Positions 29,276-36,687 of a DNA stretch of 64,000 nucleotides are shown one piece after another. Positions within the stretch are counted from its first letter, which is position 1, and the number at the start of each line of letters is the position of its first letter. The position numbers and the translations under genes are program-made. Source of the DNA: Candidatus Woesearchaeota archaeon B3_Woes (lineage in GTDB: Archaea > Nanobdellota > Nanobdellia > Woesearchaeales > B3-WOES); NCBI GenBank assembly GCA_005222965.1, contig NJBG01000001.1:549533-613532 (forward strand). Direction: 5' to 3'. Under the pieces are notes generated by a model, which saw only the letters and a list, made by a program, of their open reading frames with translations, searched no databases and had not been told where the DNA came from.

Positions 29276-29688
29276 TGAATGACTGGGAAAAATCAATAGA
29301 AGATGGAAAAGTTTTGAAAATATCCCTCAACCAAGAAAGAGCAAAATCATTAATGATATCCTCTTTAAAATTACTAAATATTATTGAAAAAATAAAATTA
29401 GATAAAGAAAATGGTTTTTTTATTTTAACAAATTACTATGATATTATCTTAGAATCACTGCATGCTTTGTTATACAAAAAAGGATATCAATCTTTAGATC
29501 ATTTAAGTATTGGGTATTATATAAAAGATGTACTAGATAACCAGGAATTTTTTAACATATTTGATAAATATAGAAAAACACGAAATAAAATTTTGTATTA
29601 TGGAAGAAACATAGACCCCGAGACAGCACAACAAGGAATAAAAGATCTAAAAAGATTGTATCAATTTGTTAAAAAGTTATTAGAATAA
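29275..29688 (+). CDS. HEPN domain protein (MNT partner)
   Basis: All-helical 137 aa with a TAATG overlap with the MNT gene. KYRKTRNKILYYG lies where the HEPN R-x4-6-H motif is expected, so the motif is degenerate. Confidence 0.6.
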   Translation: MNDWEKSIEDGKVLKISLNQERAKSLMISSLKLLNIIEKIKLDKENGFFILTNYYDIILESLHALLYKKGYQSLDHLSIGYYIKDVLDNQEFFNIFDKYRKTRNKILYYGRNIDPETAQQGIKDLKRLYQFVKKLLE

Positions 29689-29863
29689 AAATAAAAACTA
29701 TATAAACCACTAGTTTACATATATAAACTGTTAGTTTAAATGAAAGATGTAACCTACTATTAGTGTCAATTGATACTAATAAATAATATACCTTAGTTTA
29801 CGATAATATCACTGATTTAGAGAAGAAAGATACCTTAACAAAACAAAAAATTTGAACAATAAT

Positions 29864-29881
29864 TGTAACATAAATGTTACA
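29864..29881. promoter_or_regulatory. perfect 8-bp inverted repeat TGTAACAT-aa-ATGTTACA
   Basis: Read directly from the sequence. It lies about 115 nt upstream of the giant surface-protein ORF and abuts a 20-codon mini-ORF. Confidence 0.4.
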
Positions 29882-29995
29882 TATGGCACAAAAAGATTAC
29901 AAACTGGAAATTATGAAACTTTTATCAAAAAAAACAAACGTTTAAATATCCAAATTCATAACAAATAAATGAGAAAGAAAAAAGAGGTGGTTTAA

Positions 29996-32900
29996 ATCGA
30001 AATCAAAAAAAGAGGAATATTTACTTTAGTTCTAACTTTTTTATTAATTTTTTGCACAACTTTAACATTAGCAGCAAACGAGTTTGTAATTGACGCCGCA
30101 ACAGGAAACGTGGGAATCGGAACGAGTAGTCCAAGTGAGAAATTGCATATACAAGATGGGAATCTTATAATTAATAATACACCTTCACAACCAGCTATAC
30201 AAATTTATCATTCTGACGCTAATCAATTAAGAGCTGCGATTGATGGGTATGGGAGAGCGGTTTTTGGTTACACTTCTGCTCCAGGTACAGGTCTGGCGAC
30301 AGGTACTACAGTTTATATTCTTGCTGGTGGTGCTTCTACAGTTCCTCTCAAAATAAGTGGCTCTGGAAGCGGTCATACAGGGAATCTATTTCAAGTTTGG
30401 AGAGATGGGACTATCCAAAGATTTGTAATACAAGCAGACGGAAACGTAGGAATTGGAACTAGTAGTCCTGGTCAGAAGTTGGATGTAGTAGGGAATATAC
30501 GTTTAAATAACGGAAATTATCTTCAAATAAATGATAGTTCTGGATATGAGAGGGTAAAGCTTACAAGAGCTGCGTTAGAATTTTATGAATCTGTTGGAAC
30601 TATCTCAAACACTTTTACTAACAGCCACATGAAACTTGGGAATTTAGGGTATGGCTCTCTTGCTACTTTTTTACAAAGTTCAGATAATGTAGTTAGGATT
30701 TGGGCAAATGGAGCGCTTTCTGTTGGGCAGTCTCTTATAAACAATACTTCTCCAGGAACAGGTGACCTTATTGTTGCAGGCAAAGTAGGAATCGGGACAA
30801 GTAGTCCTTCTTATCCCTTAGATGTTAATGGAACTATAAAAACAAATGGTGAAATTAGAATGGCAGAGCCTTCTATAATCAGATTAGGAACTGCAGGTTT
30901 AATCTGGGAGTCCGGGGCGAATTTGATAATACAAGAAGTAGGCAGGAACTTCTTTCTGGGAACAACAACAGAAAACGAACTGCAATTTAAAACAAACAAC
31001 ACTGCACGAATAAGTATTATGTCTGATGGTAAAGTAGGAATCGGAACAACAACCCCCTCACAAAAATTAACAGTCATCGGAACAGTAAACGCAACAAACT
31101 TTGTAGGAGACGGCTCAGGCTTAACAGGAGTAGGAGGCGGAGGAGGCACAGGAATATGGAACCGCTCTGGAACAAACGTATTTCTAAACAATAGTGGCGA
31201 TAAAGTAGGAATCGGGACGAGTAGTCCTTCAAACTCCTTGCAAATAGGAAACGCAATCTTTTTTAACGCAACGTCTGGAAATGTCGGTCTAGGTGAAGCA
31301 CCATTATCAAGCATTCGTATAAATGTACAAGGTAATCGAGTAATGAGATTTGAGAATGCAGCATTAGATGGATTTGAACTTGCTCAAATAAATACAAAAA
31401 CCTGGGGATTTAATCAATTATCTGGTGGACATACTTTTCAAATTCAAGCACATGCAAAGGTAAATAGTGATTTAACTGTTGACACAGACACACTTTTTGT
31501 TGATGCGAGCGAAAATGCAGTAGGAATCGGAACGGACTCTCCAGAAAGTGCATTACATATAATTGATAATCCTTCTGCCCCTGGAACAGCAAAATTAATT
31601 CTTGATAATACAGGAGGTTCCACAAATGATGAAGATAAAATAGAATTTAGGCACGGCGATTATGAACAAGCATATATCAAGACGATTCTAAATGTAGGAT
31701 GGCCTACAGACCTTGCTTTTGGCACAGCTACAGGCATGGGAAGTGGTTTAGATGAACGAATGAGAATTAAAAGCACTGGAAATGTAGGAATCAATACAAC
31801 AACACCATTAACAGCATTAGAAGTAGTAGGAACAATAACAGCAACAAACTTTGTAGGTGACGGCTCTGGCTTAACAGGTGTTGGTGGTAGTGGAGGCACA
31901 GGAATATGGAACCGCTCTGGAACAAACGTATTTCTAAACAATACTGGTGATAATGTAGGAATTGGAACAAGTAGTCCAAATGAATTACTTACAGTCAGTA
32001 ATAGTAATATTCTTCAAGAAGGAGGTGGAGGAATTTATGCTGTTCAAACTGTTGGAGGTTCTGATGTAAGATTTCAATATAACAAAGCAGGAGGAAATGC
32101 TTATTTAAGATTGATGGATGTTTCTAATAATACTGATTTTGAGTTTAATACAAATGGTGATTCTTGGTTGAATGGTGGGAATGTAGGAATTGGAACAGAT
32201 AGTCCAACAGCAGAACTGACAATTAAAAATTCTGCTGATAATACAGATATGTTAAGTTTAGAAAATGCTGCGGGAACAAGAGTGGCTAATTTTGGAACAG
32301 ATGTAAGTGGAGATGGTGTATTAATTGTGAGGGATTCTTCTGGAAATGTTAAACATTATTTAGATGGTGATACAAGCACAGATACTTATTTTAATGCAGG
32401 TAACGTAGGAATTGGGACAAATAGTCCTCTTTCTAAATTACAAATTGGTGATGGTTCTGGTACTGCGTGGACTAGCACTTCTTATCCTGCATTATGGATT
32501 TATGGATATGATAACGAAGCAGCTGTTGAAGGGTTTAGAGTTCAAGATGAAAATGATAATATTGATTTCAGATTAAAAAGTGTAGGGGATGGAGGAACAA
32601 CAGGGGCTACTGCTTATTTTAGGGGAAATGTGGGAATAGGGACGAGTAGTCCTGCAACATTATTACATACAAATTCGTCAGGGCAGAATTATTTGAAAGT
32701 TGAGACTACTGGCGCTTCTTCACAAGCTGCCCTACAATTAAAAACAGGCACCGCAAATGCCGACTGGATTACGTATATTCCCGAAAGTTCTACTGATTTG
32801 AGATTTTATCGTGGTGCAGATAGAATGGTATTGGATGCCTCAGGAAATCTTCAAATAGATGGTGACCTAACAACAAGCAGCCTAGCAAGTTGTGATACAA

Positions 32901-34213
32901 TTGATACAGATTCAAATGGACTTTTATCTTGTGGAACAGATGCATACTCAGCAAACACATGGAGAGGAATTGATGACTCCCCTGTAAATGGTGTTACTAC
33001 TGAATCAATATCCTCCAATTGGGCTTATGACCACGATGCAGCTTCAAGTGCACACCATGTAAAAACAGTAAACACAGACACCCAAGACTTGGGCACAAGC
33101 GGTACTACAATAACTTTAACAAATAGCCCTGCTGTTACAGCACCATATGCAACCTATTCTGGAAATACAAATTCATGTAATAAAGATGCAACATGTGAAA
33201 CAGGAAATATCCTAACAGGGGCAAATGGCTATTTGTACTTGGGTGGAACAGATATGTTCTTGCAGGACAACAGCGGTAACCTAGTCGTAAGTTCCTCTAG
33301 CACCGCCTCTTATAAATATGATTCTACCAACAATGGTGTTGGATTTTTTCAGATTGCTTCAGGAACTGATACAGTACTGAAGATTGACAATGCTGGAAAA
33401 GTCGGCATCGGCACAACAAGCCCAGCATCAAAATTAAGTGTTGGTGGCACTGGTAGTTCTAATTATGCTATATCTGGGCAAGGCGCGTTATATGGCGTTT
33501 TTGGCGCAACAGCAACCAATGGTGGAGCTGGTGTTTATGGTTACGCTAGTTCCGCTGCTACTTCTTATGGTCTCAGGGGCCATGCTACCAATGGTTATGG
33601 TGTATATGCATCTGGCTCTGTGGGTGCAGGATATATGTCAGGCAATCTTTATGTATCTGGGGTTTGCAGTGGTGGTGATTCTTGCAACCAAGATATTGCA
33701 GAAAAATGGGCGTCAGAAAAAGCATTAAAACATATCCATTGTGGTGAAGATAGATTTGATTATACAAATGAAATTATTCCAGATGACATGAAAGAGGATA
33801 ACCATCAATACAAATGCATATTAGACTCTTCCTTTGAACTAGAATTTGAACAAGGAGATGTTATTTGTTTTGATAAAGCTATTGATTCTGTTACTGTTAT
33901 AAGATATTGTGATAAATCCTATGACAAAACAGCACTATCAACACTAAGTTATCATGCAACAATGACTATTGGAGCAGATTATTATCCTTATCCGATTGCT
34001 TTAACAGGTAATATTCCAGTAAAGGTTATTTGTGACAACCCTATAGAAGTAGGTGACCCTTTAGTAACATCAAACAAACAAGGTTATGCAATGAAATTGG
34101 ATATTTCAGATATCACAACATTTAAAGAATTTCAGGAAAGAAATAATGCAATCTTTGCAAAAGCCCTGGAACCTTGTGATTCCGGAAAAAAACTAATTAG
34201 GGCTTGGATTTAA
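29996..34213 (+). CDS. giant secreted repeat protein (13x GNVGIGTxSP motif, tail-fibre-like) with distinct C-terminal domain
   Basis: The track ORF starts at GTG 30110, but the frame is open from 29996. The extension encodes a textbook signal peptide, IEIKKRGIFTLVLTFLLIFCTTLTLAANEF. The motif G(N/K)VGIGT(S/T)SPxxxLx(V/I) recurs 13 times. The C-terminal ~200 aa (CNQDIAEKW...) are non-repetitive. Confidence 0.85.
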   Translation: MEIKKRGIFTLVLTFLLIFCTTLTLAANEFVIDAATGNVGIGTSSPSEKLHIQDGNLIINNTPSQPAIQIYHSDANQLRAAIDGYGRAVFGYTSAPGTGLATGTTVYILAGGASTVPLKISGSGSGHTGNLFQVWRDGTIQRFVIQADGNVGIGTSSPGQKLDVVGNIRLNNGNYLQINDSSGYERVKLTRAALEFYESVGTISNTFTNSHMKLGNLGYGSLATFLQSSDNVVRIWANGALSVGQSLINNTSPGTGDLIVAGKVGIGTSSPSYPLDVNGTIKTNGEIRMAEPSIIRLGTAGLIWESGANLIIQEVGRNFFLGTTTENELQFKTNNTARISIMSDGKVGIGTTTPSQKLTVIGTVNATNFVGDGSGLTGVGGGGGTGIWNRSGTNVFLNNSGDKVGIGTSSPSNSLQIGNAIFFNATSGNVGLGEAPLSSIRINVQGNRVMRFENAALDGFELAQINTKTWGFNQLSGGHTFQIQAHAKVNSDLTVDTDTLFVDASENAVGIGTDSPESALHIIDNPSAPGTAKLILDNTGGSTNDEDKIEFRHGDYEQAYIKTILNVGWPTDLAFGTATGMGSGLDERMRIKSTGNVGINTTTPLTALEVVGTITATNFVGDGSGLTGVGGSGGTGIWNRSGTNVFLNNTGDNVGIGTSSPNELLTVSNSNILQEGGGGIYAVQTVGGSDVRFQYNKAGGNAYLRLMDVSNNTDFEFNTNGDSWLNGGNVGIGTDSPTAELTIKNSADNTDMLSLENAAGTRVANFGTDVSGDGVLIVRDSSGNVKHYLDGDTSTDTYFNAGNVGIGTNSPLSKLQIGDGSGTAWTSTSYPALWIYGYDNEAAVEGFRVQDENDNIDFRLKSVGDGGTTGATAYFRGNVGIGTSSPATLLHTNSSGQNYLKVETTGASSQAALQLKTGTANADWITYIPESSTDLRFYRGADRMVLDASGNLQIDGDLTTSSLASCDTIDTDSNGLLSCGTDAYSANTWRGIDDSPVNGVTTESISSNWAYDHDAASSAHHVKTVNTDTQDLGTSGTTITLTNSPAVTAPYATYSGNTNSCNKDATCETGNILTGANGYLYLGGTDMFLQDNSGNLVVSSSSTASYKYDSTNNGVGFFQIASGTDTVLKIDNAGKVGIGTTSPASKLSVGGTGSSNYAISGQGALYGVFGATATNGGAGVYGYASSAATSYGLRGHATNGYGVYASGSVGAGYMSGNLYVSGVCSGGDSCNQDIAEKWASEKALKHIHCGEDRFDYTNEIIPDDMKEDNHQYKCILDSSFELEFEQGDVICFDKAIDSVTVIRYCDKSYDKTALSTLSYHATMTIGADYYPYPIALTGNIPVKVICDNPIEVGDPLVTSNKQGYAMKLDISDITTFKEFQERNNAIFAKALEPCDSGKKLIRAWI
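31031..31230 (+). repeat. intragenic duplication, copy 1
   Basis: Near-identical to 31781-31980, an offset of exactly 750 nt. This includes a 52-nt exact match, ggaggcacaggaatatggaaccgctctggaacaaacgtatttctaaacaata. Confidence 0.85.
31781..31980 (+). repeat. intragenic duplication, copy 2
   Basis: See copy 1. The protein segments are VGDGSGLTGVGG(G/S)GGTGIWNRSGTNVFLNN(S/T)GD(K/N)VGIGTSSP. Confidence 0.85.
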
Positions 34214-34227
34214 AAACATCTTTGAAA

Positions 34228-34444
34228 CAAGAACCCTACCAACAAGGCAACTCATACATGTGGTGTGATATATTTAATCAAACTTAAACTAAACAACATA
34301 CCTTTAATTTAATTAACAAAGCCCCTGAAACCCCCCAATCCACCCATCTCATCCCCAACAACCAAAAATTCTTAGTAAAATCAGGTTGTTAAATTACTAG
34401 TAATATTAGATTGTTTTTTTAGTAGAATTATGTTGATAAAACAA
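34228..34444 (+). repeat. cassette-boundary repeat, copy A (long form, left arm + triple-iteron core)
   Basis: It starts 15 nt after the giant-protein stop. It shares the ~100-bp left arm (CAACTCATACATGTGGTGTGATAT...CCTGAAACCCCCCAATCC) with copy C and the ~110-bp core with copies B and C. TAGTA sub-repeats start at 34373, 34398 and 34420. Confidence 0.85.
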
Positions 34445-34599
34445 TTTATAATAGAAAACACAAATAATTGAGCAAAATAGTTGTGTTTTCCAGATATCAT
34501 AGCGGATTTATTGATAAATTATTTTAGTCTGCTATTATACATTTAAAAAACCAATAATTTTAAATATACTAAAACTATCTAAAGTTATAACAGAACAAG

Positions 34600-34812
34600 A
34601 TGAAATTTAGAATAATTATGGAACAAGACGAAGATGGTATTTTTGTAGTTGAATGTCCATCATTACCTGGATGTGTTTCTCAGGGAAAATCAAGAGCAGA
34701 AGCCGTAAAAAACATCAAAGATGCTATGAAAGGTTATGTCCAAAGCTTAAAAAAACATAATGAAGCAATACCCCCTTCTATAAGGGAAGATACAATTGAA
34801 ATAAATGCCTAA
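34600..34812 (+). CDS. hicB: HicB-family antitoxin (UPF0150)
   Basis: EQDEDGIFVVECPSLPGCVSQGKSRAEAVKNIKDAMKGYVQSL is the typical HicB N-terminal fold signature. There is an 8-nt overlap with hicA. Confidence 0.8.
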   Translation: MKFRIIMEQDEDGIFVVECPSLPGCVSQGKSRAEAVKNIKDAMKGYVQSLKKHNEAIPPSIREDTIEINA

Positions 34813-35032
34813 ACTACCTGTTATTTCTGGATTGAAAGCTGTAAAAGCGCTTTCTAAATTAGGATATAGGATTGACCACCAAACAGGTTCTCATTTAATT
34901 CTTAGACACGAAAAAGAACCTCATAGAAGACTAACTATTCCCAATCACAAAGAATTATCCAAAGGAACGTTAAGAGCAATAATAAGACAAGCAGGTTTAA
35001 CAAGAGAAGAATTTTTAAGATTAGTAAGATAA
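34805..35032 (+). CDS. hicA: HicA-family mRNA interferase toxin
   Basis: LKAVKALSKLGYRIDHQTGSHLILRHEKEPHRRLTIPNHKELSKGTLRAIIRQAGL matches the HicA/YcfA pattern, including the GSH motif. Confidence 0.8.
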   Translation: MPKLPVISGLKAVKALSKLGYRIDHQTGSHLILRHEKEPHRRLTIPNHKELSKGTLRAIIRQAGLTREEFLRLVR

Positions 35033-35044
35033 ATTCTATCTACT

Positions 35045-35155
35045 CAATTCACCCATCTCAGCCAATCAACATACAACTTCTTAGTAAAATCAGGTTGCCA
35101 AATTACTAGTAATATTAGATTGTTTTTTTAGTAGAATTATGTTGCTAAAACAAAA
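35045..35155 (+). repeat. cassette-boundary repeat, copy B (core only)
   Basis: It starts 13 nt after the hicA-1 stop. The core is TTCACCCATCTCAGCCAATCAACATACAACTTCTTAGTAAAATCAGGTTGCCAAATTACTAGTAATATTAGATTGTTTTTTTAGTAGAATTATGTTGCTAAAACAA. TAGTA sub-repeats start at 35082, 35107 and 35129. Confidence 0.85.
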
Positions 35156-35240
35156 ACATATAAATATAATGTGCTGAAGATTAGACCAAGATTTCTTTTT
35201 AAAAAGAGAAACATAAGAAATGTCAAATATTATTCTATGC

Positions 35241-35265
35241 TTCGGAAATTTGAAAAATTTCCGAA
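35241..35265. promoter_or_regulatory. 11-bp perfect inverted repeat TTCGGAAATTT-gaa-AAATTTCCGAA (putative operator of hicBA-2)
   Basis: Read directly from the sequence. It ends 35 nt upstream of the hicB-2 ATG. Confidence 0.5.
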
Positions 35266-35299
35266 AGATTTAAATAATTCCAAAGATTAAAAAAGTATC

Positions 35300-35503
35300 A
35301 TGACAGGCTTTAATATGATTATAGAAAAAGGAGAAGATGGATATTTGATATCTGAAGTAGTTGAGCTTCCAGGATGTCATACACAAGCAAAAAATATGAA
35401 TGAACTTCTTGAAAGAACAAAAGAAGCTATTTCTCTTTATTTAACAGAACAGGGAAGCGAATTTAAAGATAAGTTTATTGGTGTACAAAAATTAGAGGTT
35501 TAG
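35300..35503 (+). CDS. hicB: HicB-family antitoxin (second copy)
   Basis: IIEKGEDGYLISEVVELPGCHTQAKNMNELLERTKEAISLYL. The stop abuts the hicA-2 ATG. Confidence 0.8.
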   Translation: MTGFNMIIEKGEDGYLISEVVELPGCHTQAKNMNELLERTKEAISLYLTEQGSEFKDKFIGVQKLEV

Positions 35504-35731
35504 ATGTCAAAACTTCCTTTAATAAGTGCTAACGAATTAATTAAGATTCTTGTAAAAATGGGATTTAAGATTATGAGGCAATCTGGAAGCCATATATTTC
35601 TCAAACATATAGATGGAAGAACAACTGTTGTTCCAAATCATCCCGGAGAAAAAATTGATAGAGGATTATTAAATAAAATCCTTAGAAAAGATGTACAGAT
35701 TTCTCGAGAACAGTTTTTGAAATTATTATAA
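35504..35731 (+). CDS. hicA: HicA-family toxin (second copy)
   Basis: ANELIKILVKMGFKIMRQSGSHIFLKHIDGRTTVVPNHPGEKIDRGLLNKILR. Confidence 0.8.
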   Translation: MSKLPLISANELIKILVKMGFKIMRQSGSHIFLKHIDGRTTVVPNHPGEKIDRGLLNKILRKDVQISREQFLKLL

Positions 35732-35856
35732 CTTATTTTTAAATTACAAAGAGATAAAACTCGCATTTATTTTTATTACATCAGTGTATTATAAAAATAT
35801 GTTTTTTGTTCCATCACTATAGAAACATTTATATATAAGTAAGATAATCTTATTTT

Positions 35857-36108
35857 ATGGAAATAACAAAACTGAGCACAAAAGGACAAATTGTAATACC
35901 TGAATCTATGAGAAAAGGTTTAGAAGTTGGTAGCGCATTTAAAGTAATTAAAAAAGGAGAACTTATAATTTTAAAAGAAGTAGAAGGACTCACTAAGGAA
36001 GAAATGGAAGAAATGAAAGAACTTGATAAGATTTGGAAAGGTATAGATGATGGTAAGGGAGTAACCATGAATAAAAAAGAGTTTCTTAAGGAACTAGAAT
36101 CTTGGTAA
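35857..36108 (+). CDS. AbrB/SpoVT-type antitoxin
   Basis: MEITKLSTKGQIVIPESMRKGLEV is a swapped-hairpin AbrB/MazE signature. The toxin gene follows after 4 nt. Confidence 0.75.
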   Translation: MEITKLSTKGQIVIPESMRKGLEVGSAFKVIKKGELIILKEVEGLTKEEMEEMKELDKIWKGIDDGKGVTMNKKEFLKELESW

Positions 36109-36112
36109 GAGA

Positions 36113-36370
36113 ATGTCTGACGAAATAAAGAAAATAACTCGTTCTCCAAAATTTATCAAACAGACCAAACAACTAGATGAATTCAGTCTCAAAAAGCTAG
36201 GGAAACAAATATTAAAAATCTTAGAAAATCCCAATGTTGGAAAACCTTTGAAATATAAAAGAGGTGAACGGTCACTCTATATTAAACCATTCAGATTAGT
36301 TTATGCTGTAAGAGAAGATGAGGTTATTTTATTAAAATTTGACCATAGAAAAAGAGTTTATAGAGATTAA
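36113..36370 (+). CDS. relE: RelE/ParE-family toxin
   Basis: LENPNVGKPLKYKRGERSLYIKPFRLVYAVREDEVILLKFDHRKRVY matches the RelE/StbE pattern. Confidence 0.75.
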   Translation: MSDEIKKITRSPKFIKQTKQLDEFSLKKLGKQILKILENPNVGKPLKYKRGERSLYIKPFRLVYAVREDEVILLKFDHRKRVYRD

Positions 36371-36424
36371 GTAATGTGAATAAATTATGTATGAATAATA
36401 TATACTCCAAAACCAACTTATCAA

Positions 36425-36654
36425 ACAACAACTCTGCTCGCAAGACAACTCATACACGTGGTGTGATATGCTTAATCAAATTTAAGATAAACAACACACC
36501 TTTTAGTTTTTTAGTTTAATTAACAAAGGTCCTGAAACCCCCCAATCCACCCATCTCATCCAATCAACATACAAATTCTTAGTAAAATAATGTTGCTAAA
36601 CTACTAGTAATATTTTGTTGTTTTTTTAGTAGAATTATGTTGCTAAAACAAAAA
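36425..36654 (+). repeat. cassette-boundary repeat, copy C (long form)
   Basis: It starts ~55 nt after the relE stop and ends 34 nt before the ATG of the Zn-ribbon/nuclease gene. It has both left arm and core. TAGTA sub-repeats start at 36580, 36605 and 36627, the same 25/22-bp spacing as in A and B. Confidence 0.85.
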
Positions 36655-36687
36655 GATTTAAATAACAAAAAAAAACAAATTTAATAT

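Noticed and set aside
29883-29945. 20-codon ORF MAQKDYKLEIMKLLSKKTNV upstream of the giant gene
   Set aside because: It is too short and shows no supporting conservation. It may be a leader peptide or a gene fragment, and it is noted only in the regulatory finding.
31031-31980. Diversity-generating retroelement (template/variable repeat) explanation for the intragenic duplicate
   Set aside because: The differences are mostly synonymous third-position A/T changes rather than adenine-specific changes at AAC-type codons. Both copies are inside the same ORF, and no reverse transcriptase is present.
30583-33767. Several 60-167-aa ORFs on both strands inside the giant repeat gene (for example 30811-31314 minus and 33438-33728 plus)
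   Set aside because: All are embedded in the 4.2-kb ORF, whose repeat structure is conserved at protein level. Open alternative frames are expected in Gly/Thr/Ser-codon repeats.
26886-34213. Prophage or integrated virus suggested by the tail-fibre-like gene
   Set aside because: No capsid, portal, terminase, integrase or att duplication is visible. The flanking genes are cellular-type surface proteins and TA modules.
34430-34475. Mini-ORFs starting at the conserved ATGTTGCTAAAACAA at the 3' edge of each boundary repeat
   Set aside because: The three copies diverge and terminate after 12-15 codons with unrelated sequence, so there is no coding conservation.
34228-36654. Interpretation of the three boundary repeats as integron attC sites or as a CRISPR array
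   Set aside because: No IntI-type integrase is in the window, and I could not find GTTRRRY/RYYYAAC core sites or the attC bulged-hairpin symmetry. The repeats are 110-230 bp long, 0.7-1.5 kb apart and separated by genes, so this is not CRISPR. The analogy is kept only as a hypothesis in the findings.
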